From a virus: a stretch of DNA of 64,000 nucleotides. Of the stretch, positions 38,658-46,433 are shown in pieces. Where the stretch lies: IMG/VR virus record IMGVR_UViG_3300004481_000271, positions 32,001 through 96,000 of that record. One strand, 5' to 3'. Under the pieces are notes generated by a model. The model was not told the origin of the DNA. It was given only the letters and a program-made list of their open reading frames with translations, and made no database searches. A program made the position numbers and the translations under genes. Each line of letters starts with the position of its first letter. Position 1 is the first letter of the stretch.

Positions 38658-39590
38658 TCAGACCGCGCGGACCCCCGTCGCCTTCACGACCGCCGGCTCA
38701 TGCGCCCACTTGAAGTCGACGCGAGCGGTCACGACGATCATGTAGACGCCGGCCGAAATGTCGCGGTCGGTGTCGATCCGGATGTTCCGCCAGATCCCGA
38801 AGAGCATGTTCCCCGGGTCCGCCGCGAGGACGACCGTCTCGTTCGCGCCGACTCCGAGGTCGGTCGGGAAGACGGGAACGCCCATCACGGGGATCCCCTG
38901 GAACGGCCGGCTCTCGAGGGCCTGGACCTGCTCGTCGCCGAGCGGGGTCGCGCGGTCGCCGAGGCTCTCCTGATAGTCGATGTTCGCCTCGTCCGCGGAG
39001 AGGAAGCGGAGGCTTCGCTTGTCGCGGCGGAACTCAGAGGGCATCGTCTTCAGGATGTCCTTCAGGACGCTCCTCTGGAGGGTCGCCCCGCCCCCGAGGA
39101 CGACGTTCGTCGTCGCCTGGACGATGAAGCCGTTCAGGGTCTTCAGGAGGTCGTCCGTCGAGGTCGTGTCGCCGTTGAAGGCGAGGTCCTCGAGGTCGAG
39201 AGCGATCCGGTCCGCGAGGGTCTGGCGGATCGTCTGCTCGAAGTTGCCCCGCTCGATCGAGTCCTCGAGGGCCTCGAAGGAGACGTGGGTCTCCGCCTTC
39301 ACGAGCTGGGCGTCGAGCTCGATCTTCGAGGTGTCCGGCGCCGACCGCATGGCGAGCGGAAGCGCGGCGGCCTCCGTCCCCTTCCGGAGCGCGCGGGACC
39401 CATATCGGATCTTTTCCCGGAGCTCCTTCGGGCTGTTCATGTCGACCCTCGTCATCATGGGCATGACGACGGACTGGTCGATCGCGAGCTGGATGAACCG
39501 GTCGGCCTGTGCGGGCTCGAGGAGACCGCCAGGCGCCAGGTTCGCCAGCAAGAAGTCCGCCTTCCGAATGACGTCGCGGTTGTCCTGCAT
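38658..39590 (-). CDS. major capsid protein (HK97 fold)
   Basis: GGLLEPAQADRFI, EDSIERGNFEQTI, DLEDLAFNGD, GIWRNIRI. Confidence 0.95.
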   Translation of the reverse strand: MQDNRDVIRKADFLLANLAPGGLLEPAQADRFIQLAIDQSVVMPMMTRVDMNSPKELREKIRYGSRALRKGTEAAALPLAMRSAPDTSKIELDAQLVKAETHVSFEALEDSIERGNFEQTIRQTLADRIALDLEDLAFNGDTTSTDDLLKTLNGFIVQATTNVVLGGGATLQRSVLKDILKTMPSEFRRDKRSLRFLSADEANIDYQESLGDRATPLGDEQVQALESRPFQGIPVMGVPVFPTDLGVGANETVVLAADPGNMLFGIWRNIRIDTDRDISAGVYMIVVTARVDFKWAHEPAVVKATGVRAV

Positions 39591-39617
39591 GACTCGTTTC
39601 CCTTTCCTGGCGTTCTC

Positions 39618-41003
39618 TCAGAGGACCCAAGGCCCGCCGCGATGCGTGCGGTCGGCCCGCGTTCCGTTGCTTCTTCCGGTCGACTCGGTCCGACTCGCGG
39701 GAACTTGGGGCGTTCCCGCGATCTCCTCGACCTTCGAGGTGACCGCGTCGAGCTTCTTCATGATCCCGGCGAGGAGGTCGTCTCCCTCGCGGACGGGCTT
39801 GTCGTCGGGGCCGGAGCCGACGCTTCCCGGACCGCCGTCGGCGTTCGCCGGCGGGAGCGGTTCGGTCGCGGCGGCCCGCTTCTGGGCGTCCTCGGTCGAA
39901 GCGGCCGGAGCCTCCGCCTCTTCGATGATCGAGATCGCCCGACGGACGGCGTCGAGGACACGGGCGAGCTTGTCGGCTCCGCCCTTCTCGACGGTCGACT
40001 CGAGGGACTTCGAGAGCCCGACGATCTCGTCGCGGATTCGGACGAGCTCGGCGGGGTCGGGAGCGTTCGCGATCCGGGTCATCGCCTCGGCGAGGACCTT
40101 CAGCTTGTCGCTGGTCTCGGATCCGACCGCGGAGAGCTTCTCGTCCATCTCCTCGGCAGTGACCTCGACCGCCTCGCCCTCGGCCTTCTCCTCGACGGTC
40201 GGCTCCGCGGCCGGCGGGTCGGAGGCGGGAGCCTCGACGGTGGGAGCGGGAGCGGGGGTCTCGCCTCCGGCCGGAGCTCCGCCCTCGGCCTCCGGCTCCT
40301 CGGGGACGTCCGCCTTCGTCTCGGCGGTGGCCTCGAGGGCGGACGGCGCCGCTCCGGCGGTCGGCTGGGGATACTTCTCGGCGAGGGCGTTCAGCTTGGC
40401 GGCGAGCGCCCGGACTTGCGACAACGTCGCGGCGTCGAGCTCGTCGGACTCGGCGGCGGAGGCGGCGAGGGACATCGCGGTCTCGCCGACCTCCATCAAG
40501 CCCTGCGAGACCGGGCCGTCGGCCTTGTCGACCTTCTCGGCGGTCTTGCTCATGGGCGAAGGATACCGCGAAAGAGCTCCGCGCAACAGATCCGAGATCG
40601 CGGTGATCTCCTCCGCGAGCTCGACGGGGACCGGCTCGGCCGACGACTCGGACGTCTCGCCGGCTTCCTTCACCATGTTGGAGACGGAGACGAGCCGCTC
40701 GAGAGCCTCGGTCACGATCCGGAGGAGTCCCTCCTTCACCGGACCGGGGAGGTCGACCTTCACCACGGCGGAGACGTCCGCCGCGAGGGTTGTCTCGGCG
40801 ACATCGTTCGTCGCCGTCCTGGTCGGGTCCATGTTCCCTCCGCGTTGCTTGACGATGAGAAAGCGCCGACGGTTCGCGGCGCGGTCGACGAAGGAGACCT
40901 CCTCGACGAGGATGTCCCGAAGCCGAAACTTCGCTTCGTCGGGAGCTCGCCCCAGGAAGACGAGAGCGGCCTCGAGAGCTCGGTTGAACTTCGCGACGTC
41001 CAC
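39618..41003 (-). CDS. capsid scaffold protein with N-terminal protease-completing strand
   Basis: RLRDILVEEVSFVDRAANRRRFLIVK followed by an acidic Ala/Glu/Pro-rich helical body. GTG start inferred. A second ATG with RBS at 40832 could give a shorter form. Confidence 0.75.
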   Translation of the reverse strand: MDVAKFNRALEAALVFLGRAPDEAKFRLRDILVEEVSFVDRAANRRRFLIVKQRGGNMDPTRTATNDVAETTLAADVSAVVKVDLPGPVKEGLLRIVTEALERLVSVSNMVKEAGETSESSAEPVPVELAEEITAISDLLRGALSRYPSPMSKTAEKVDKADGPVSQGLMEVGETAMSLAASAAESDELDAATLSQVRALAAKLNALAEKYPQPTAGAAPSALEATAETKADVPEEPEAEGGAPAGGETPAPAPTVEAPASDPPAAEPTVEEKAEGEAVEVTAEEMDEKLSAVGSETSDKLKVLAEAMTRIANAPDPAELVRIRDEIVGLSKSLESTVEKGGADKLARVLDAVRRAISIIEEAEAPAASTEDAQKRAAATEPLPPANADGGPGSVGSGPDDKPVREGDDLLAGIMKKLDAVTSKVEEIAGTPQVPASRTESTGRSNGTRADRTHRGGPWVL

Positions 41004-41029
41004 GGGAAGGACTATAAACCGATCGCCGG

Positions 41030-44000
41030 TCAGGACGCCAGCGATTCCCGAAGGGCGGTCCCGCCCATGGAGTAGCCGGTGAAGGCGCCTCGCTTGATCG
41101 CCTCCCAAACGTCATCGTTCAGGACGCGGGTCCCGAGAAACCACGTCCCGACCGGAAAGGTCTCCTCGCCGTGGGTCTCGCGCACCTTCGCGAGGTAGGT
41201 CTCGAGCACGACAACACCATCGACCGCAGCCCCGTTGTGCATGACCTTGAAGGTGTCACCCCCGAAGTGTTCCATGTAGCTATGAGCCGCCTTCCGAACC
41301 TCGTCGGCGGAGTAGATGTCGCCCTGGGCGTCCGGTTCGTTGGGGACGAGGACGACGCCGAAGACGTAACGCTCCTCGGGCTCGGAGCCGTCCCGCTTCA
41401 AGAGGCGGACCGGCCGCTCCGCTCGGACGATCCGCTTCGACGTCTCGGTCCGCTCCTCGAGCTCGCCTGGCCGAAGAAGGAGACGGACGTCCTCCGGCTT
41501 CATCGGCGCCCCCTCGAGGAGGTCGATCGCCTGGGCGGGACCGAACCATCGAATCCGCTTCGGCGGCCCCTCCTCCCAGAGGAGCTCGAAGGTATGCACG
41601 AGGATCGTGTCCCCGACATCGGCGTCGAGCTTGCGGTTCCCGGTCCGACCGACGAGGACGTAGGGTCTTCCCTCGACCTCGACGACCTCCTTCCACTCCT
41701 CGATCTCGGAGCTCGAGATCGGCCCGACGGCACCGACGAAGTTGTAGACCTCCGGTGATCCCTCGACGGCGTTCCGCTCGGCGACGATCGCTCGGACTTC
41801 GCGGACGGCCTTGACCTTCGCCCAGAGGTCTTGCTCGCCCCCGAGGGAGTAGGTCGAAGCGAGTTGCTTCATCATCGCGCCCTCGGAGCCCGGCTCCTTC
41901 GTTGCCCAGGCGATCGCCCGGCGAAGCGCCGACCTCGTCTGCGCGATCCTCCTCGGGGCGAGGATGACTCGCGTCGCCCTCGAGATCTCCGAGTCGCGGA
42001 AGAACCGCTCGAGGGCCCGACGGCGTTCGCCCTGGGGCCGACCGGCGAGGGAGTCCCCGCCCGAGTAGAGGAGATCGAAGACGACGAAGCGGAGGTCCTC
42101 GTCGTCGACGGGCTTGTCGACGCGGAAGCGGGAGAGCTCGCGGCGCGGAAGGAAGGAACCCTCCTCGTCGACGGCCATGATCTCGCCGTCGAGGATGAAG
42201 CTCCCCCCGACCGCCTCGAGCTCGCCGGCGAGCCCGCGGAGGTTCGGCGCGATGTCCCGCTGGGTGTCTTCGGTGTAGACGAGGACCCCGCCCTCGCGGA
42301 CGTCCTCGTCGACGTTCGCTTCCCACTTCTCCGCGATCGCGCGGAAGCCGTTCAGCTTGGGCTCGACCTGGACGCCGGCCCGGACGAGTTGGTCAGTGAA
42401 GACCTGGCGAGCCGCTTCGTCCGGGTCGGTGAACTCGTTCGTCGCCCTGGGCGCCGGCTTCATCGGTTGGAAGAGCGCCGGCGGCCGAAGCTCGAGCCGC
42501 TCGCCCCCCTTGTCGTCTCCGTCCTCGACCTCCTTCGGATTCCAGACCTGGGTCCCGTCCTCCCGGACGCGGTGTCGCTTCGCGATCCCAGCCTCGGAGA
42601 GGGACCGCTCCGTCCCGGTCGGGAGCTCCTCGCCCTCGAGCTCGATCGTGTGCCAGTGGCGAACGTCCCGCCCGGGGACGGTCTGGACCGGGAGGCTCGT
42701 CTCGAGCTCGTCCCGGACGCGGTGTCGATGATCCCGACCGGCGGCCGGTTCGGTGAAGCCCTCGCCGAGGGTCTCGGGGAGGGCGTGGACGTGGCCGTCG
42801 CCTCGAGCCTTCTCCTCGGGAACCGCCCTTGCCGGCGTCCCGCCCGGCGAGAATTGCCAGAGGTCCGAGCCGGCTTCCTCGGCGACGAGGGAGAAGAGCC
42901 CCCGGAGCTTCTCGCCCCGGAAGCGGACCCGCTTGAACGTCCGACCGTCCTCGAGGAGCTCGGCCCGACCGCGGTCGACGAGCTCGACCGCCGAGGCGGT
43001 CGCCTTCGTCTCGTTCATCGGGACCCCGCCGACCTTCGCCCCAGGCGGGACGTCGCCCTCGAAGCCGAGGAGCTCCTTCCCGGCGTCGAGGAGGACGGCG
43101 CCGATGACCTCCTCGCCGGAGAGCGGGTCCTTCTGGAGCTGGAAGTCGTAGACCCCGCCCCCTGGCTTCTCGATCGCGAGGTGCCAGATCTGCCGGCTCG
43201 GCGCGGCCCGGATGACGGTCTGGCCCTTCCACCATTGCCAGGCGAGGGAGAAGTCGACGCGGGCGGCCTGTTTCTCGAGCTCGCCGAGCTCGCCCTCCTC
43301 CGGGTCGTAGGCTTCGACGAGGACCTTCCGCTCGACCCGTCGGAACTCGTTATTTTCGACGACGACGTTCTCCGAGGTGAAGATCCGCTCGGCGACGAGG
43401 GCGTCGCGGACCTCCCGGGCCTCCCGCTCGGAGTCGGCCTCCCAGAAGCGAAACTCCCGCGGCGTGGCTTCCATGAGAGACCGCGGCATCCCGGATTGAC
43501 CGAGCGGAGGCATGGACCGCGTTCGGACGGACCGGCGGTCGAGGACGGACGGGAGGACGTCCTTCGCGAAGCCGGTCGTCCAGAAGGTCTCGCTCGGCCC
43601 GTGGCCGGCGTCGTCGGGAGCGGGCGCGTCCCCTCCCTGGAGAAGCCGGAAGGTGAGCCGGCCGGCGAAGTCGGAGCCGGTGAGAAAGTATTCATGGGCG
43701 GCCGGCTTCTGAAGCCCCCATTCGACCTTCGGCCTTGCGACCTCGACGTAGACCCCCGGCTCGTTCCGCGTCGCCCCGACGTCCCCCGGCTCGACGACGG
43801 CGTCGCCGAGCTCGAGCCACTCGATCGGCTGCCTCGACTTCGGAGTCGCGAAGAGCCTCGCGGGAAGGATCATCGGCTTTGTGTAGCGGGAGCCTTCGAC
43901 GTTGAAGGCGGCGGCGATCTTCCGCCCATCGGCGACGGTCGAGACCTCGGGGACGGCGCCGGCCTTCTGAAGAGCGATCGTCCAGCCGACGAGGTAGTCC

Positions 44001-46084
44001 GGATCGACCTTCATCCGGAGGTCGGCGTGAAGCGTCCGGCCGCGGAAGTGAAACTGGAGAACAGCAAGGACCGGCCCCGGCTTCGCCGGCCAGTCGAGCA
44101 TCGGGTCGTCTTGCTTCGCGACGTCCGCCATCTCCTTCAAGGCGCGGTCCTCGTGGGGGACGAGAACGAGATCGTAGAGGGCGACGTGGTTCGTATAGGG
44201 CCCGCCGGCCGGTTCGTGGAGGAACTGGACCCGCCTCGAGAGCCGAGGCTCGAGGGCCCGCCCCAGGCGAAACTTGATCGCGTGAAGGGTCTCCTCGTCG
44301 AAGGGACCGCGGATCAGGATGTCGATGTCGTTCTCGCTCCGGCCAGCGGCGCAGATCGAGCCGACGAGGTAGACCGCCGGCATCCGGATCGACATCGGCT
44401 TCGAGAGCTGGGCGAGGACCTCCTCGAGCGCGGCGGGGTCGTCGGCGTTCGCGCGTTCCCCGCTCGGGTGAATCGGCGCCGTCTTCCCCTCCCCGTCGGG
44501 GAGGGCCTTCCCAAGGGCGGCGAGCTCGGACTCGGTGATCGGACGGCCCGGCCCCTCGAGCTCCTCGGTTCCGAATGTCTCGCCGGAAAGGAAGCGGACC
44601 GTCTCCTCGGCGAGAGCGTCGACCTCGACGGTCTGGACGCCTCGACGGCCGAGCTCGGCGAGGAGGAAGGCATGGGCGTTGATGACGTCCTCCCGCGTGA
44701 CCCCCTCGGCGCGGGTCACGTCGGACTCGGCGAAGGACCGCTCGAAGATCCGATGAAGTTGACGATCGAGCTCGACGAGCTCGGCCGGTGTCGCCCGCCG
44801 GAGCTCGTTCGGAGACGGGTCGGCGATGAAACCGTGAGCCCCCCGGCGGGCGGCCTGGCGGAGGACCTCGTCGATCGACATCTGTCGGGACTTCACGACG
44901 TCCCGGTCGAAGTCGACCGAACTCCCGAAGCGGCGCCCCAGCGGCGGGCGGCGGAGCTCGAGCGGCGGGTCGAAGATCACGACGACCTCGAGGGGGAGAT
45001 ACCAGAGCCCCGACTCGGTCGAGAACTCCCGGGCGGTGAAGTCGTCGAGGGACTCCTTCTGCTCGTCGGAGAGATCCGCCATGGTCTCGACCGCGACCGG
45101 ATCGGCCTGGGCGACGACCGCCCAGACGAGGGACTTCCCGACCCCCTGGGGGGCGACCTCGTTCACGAGGGCCTGGGGCTTGCCGATCCGCCCGACCCGG
45201 CGACGCCTCGAGAGGAGAGCGGCCGGCTTCCCATCGCGGAGCCGCTCGACGATGAACCCCGGATCGGGGACTTTCAAGGCGGGGAGAACCCCCTTCGGGG
45301 GCTCGGCTTGCCAGACGACGGCGGGAACGGCCCCGGAGAGCCGGCCGGCGAGAACGGCGACGGCGAGCTCCTCGACAGGTCCGCACTGGGCGATCGACGC
45401 GAGGGCGGGGTCGAGGTCGGCGAGCTTCGCGACGTCCTCGGCCCCGTCGAGGACGTAGGTCACGCGGGCGGCGACCGACCCCAGGGGAGGGCGAGCCGGC
45501 GGCGGAGCATTCGTCGCGAGCTCGGAAGCGGGCGGCGCCGGCGGGGTCTCCCGGAGGTCCGGCGACCCCATGGCTTCCCAGAGCTCCGCCCCGTCGAGGG
45601 AGCGGAGGACGAGCTCCCCGAGGGCGAGCTTGTGACCGTGGGCCCCGTCGAAGGCGGTCGACGTCGCGAGGAGCTCGTGAAGGTGATCGCCCCCCTCGTC
45701 GGTGATGAGCTCGACCCCCTCGCCGAGGACGAGGACGTGACGATGAACCGACCCGTCCCCGACGGCGACGTCGGCCCCGTTGCTCGTCTCGAGCCCGTGA
45801 GCGTGCGGCCCGTCCTCGGAGGTTGCCAGGACGGCGCCGGCCTCGAGGTGGACCTCGCCCCCTCCGTCTGGGTCGAAGATCGAGATCGGCGCGGGGAGGC
45901 GGAAGAGGTGCCGATGAAGCCCGTCGAGCTTCGTCGTCCCGGTCTCCCGCTCGAGGTTGTGAACGTGAACCCCGGCCTCGGCCGAGCCGGCGGGGAGCCC
46001 CTTCGCGAGCTCGGCGCGATTCCCCTCGAGGGTGTCGGCGGCCTTCGCCAGGGCGGCCTCGAGGCGGTCTTCGATCGTCATCAT
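41030..46084 (-). CDS. 1684-aa polyprotein: His-rich repeats, ASCH-like, nucleotidyltransferase, two LigD phosphoesterase-like domains, ATP-dependent ligase, XkdF-like prohead serine protease
   Basis: VYLVGS...NDIDILIR; QFH...LHADLR; DRG...FRGEKLRG; EPKLNGFR / ILDGEI / VFDLLY / EGAMMK / WAKVK; VFGVVLVP..DAQGD...MH...TGYSMGG. Confidence 0.88.
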   Translation of the reverse strand: MMTIEDRLEAALAKAADTLEGNRAELAKGLPAGSAEAGVHVHNLERETGTTKLDGLHRHLFRLPAPISIFDPDGGGEVHLEAGAVLATSEDGPHAHGLETSNGADVAVGDGSVHRHVLVLGEGVELITDEGGDHLHELLATSTAFDGAHGHKLALGELVLRSLDGAELWEAMGSPDLRETPPAPPASELATNAPPPARPPLGSVAARVTYVLDGAEDVAKLADLDPALASIAQCGPVEELAVAVLAGRLSGAVPAVVWQAEPPKGVLPALKVPDPGFIVERLRDGKPAALLSRRRRVGRIGKPQALVNEVAPQGVGKSLVWAVVAQADPVAVETMADLSDEQKESLDDFTAREFSTESGLWYLPLEVVVIFDPPLELRRPPLGRRFGSSVDFDRDVVKSRQMSIDEVLRQAARRGAHGFIADPSPNELRRATPAELVELDRQLHRIFERSFAESDVTRAEGVTREDVINAHAFLLAELGRRGVQTVEVDALAEETVRFLSGETFGTEELEGPGRPITESELAALGKALPDGEGKTAPIHPSGERANADDPAALEEVLAQLSKPMSIRMPAVYLVGSICAAGRSENDIDILIRGPFDEETLHAIKFRLGRALEPRLSRRVQFLHEPAGGPYTNHVALYDLVLVPHEDRALKEMADVAKQDDPMLDWPAKPGPVLAVLQFHFRGRTLHADLRMKVDPDYLVGWTIALQKAGAVPEVSTVADGRKIAAAFNVEGSRYTKPMILPARLFATPKSRQPIEWLELGDAVVEPGDVGATRNEPGVYVEVARPKVEWGLQKPAAHEYFLTGSDFAGRLTFRLLQGGDAPAPDDAGHGPSETFWTTGFAKDVLPSVLDRRSVRTRSMPPLGQSGMPRSLMEATPREFRFWEADSEREAREVRDALVAERIFTSENVVVENNEFRRVERKVLVEAYDPEEGELGELEKQAARVDFSLAWQWWKGQTVIRAAPSRQIWHLAIEKPGGGVYDFQLQKDPLSGEEVIGAVLLDAGKELLGFEGDVPPGAKVGGVPMNETKATASAVELVDRGRAELLEDGRTFKRVRFRGEKLRGLFSLVAEEAGSDLWQFSPGGTPARAVPEEKARGDGHVHALPETLGEGFTEPAAGRDHRHRVRDELETSLPVQTVPGRDVRHWHTIELEGEELPTGTERSLSEAGIAKRHRVREDGTQVWNPKEVEDGDDKGGERLELRPPALFQPMKPAPRATNEFTDPDEAARQVFTDQLVRAGVQVEPKLNGFRAIAEKWEANVDEDVREGGVLVYTEDTQRDIAPNLRGLAGELEAVGGSFILDGEIMAVDEEGSFLPRRELSRFRVDKPVDDEDLRFVVFDLLYSGGDSLAGRPQGERRRALERFFRDSEISRATRVILAPRRIAQTRSALRRAIAWATKEPGSEGAMMKQLASTYSLGGEQDLWAKVKAVREVRAIVAERNAVEGSPEVYNFVGAVGPISSSEIEEWKEVVEVEGRPYVLVGRTGNRKLDADVGDTILVHTFELLWEEGPPKRIRWFGPAQAIDLLEGAPMKPEDVRLLLRPGELEERTETSKRIVRAERPVRLLKRDGSEPEERYVFGVVLVPNEPDAQGDIYSADEVRKAAHSYMEHFGGDTFKVMHNGAAVDGVVVLETYLAKVRETHGEETFPVGTWFLGTRVLNDDVWEAIKRGAFTGYSMGGTALRESLAS

Positions 46085-46085
46085 G

Positions 46086-46418
46086 TCAGCCCTCCGCGGT
46101 CCAGCCTCGTTCGGCGGGCGGAGGTTCCCAGGACTCCCCGTCGAGCTCCGCGCGGACAGCCCTCGGAAGGAGGTCGAGGGCCTTCGTCGACGAGTAGCCC
46201 GCCTCGGTCCGAAGCCGGATGAACCAATCATAGGCGAGATCCGTCCGGCGTTTCACTTCGGCATCCGTCGGCGAGACCCCTCGGAGGAGCACGATCGCAG
46301 AACGGCGGCGGTCCTCCTCGAAGGTCTCGGCGACGACCCGGGTGATCCGGGTGACGATCTGCCGGACCCGCTCCGGGTCACCGTTCGCGAGCTCGCGGAG
46401 GACGTCGGTCTTCTCCAT
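46086..46418 (-). CDS. hypothetical protein
   Basis: RBS present, tightly packed between MuF and the polyprotein. Confidence 0.7.
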   Translation of the reverse strand: MEKTDVLRELANGDPERVRQIVTRITRVVAETFEEDRRRSAIVLLRGVSPTDAEVKRRTDLAYDWFIRLRTEAGYSSTKALDLLPRAVRAELDGESWEPPPAERGWTAEG

Positions 46419-46433
46419 GGTTCCTTCCCCTTC

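Noticed and set aside
44620-44830. Pyrimidine-dimer glycosylase call for the H..LLAELGRRG helical segment
   Set aside because: Only a short motif resemblance, and the catalytic N-terminal elements are not evident. Left as an unknown domain.
41030-46084. Intein explanation for the large protein
   Set aside because: No C/S...HN-C/S/T splice motifs or LAGLIDADG blocks were recognised.
41831-46222. 1463-aa plus-strand ORF
   Set aside because: Antisense shadow of the polyprotein.
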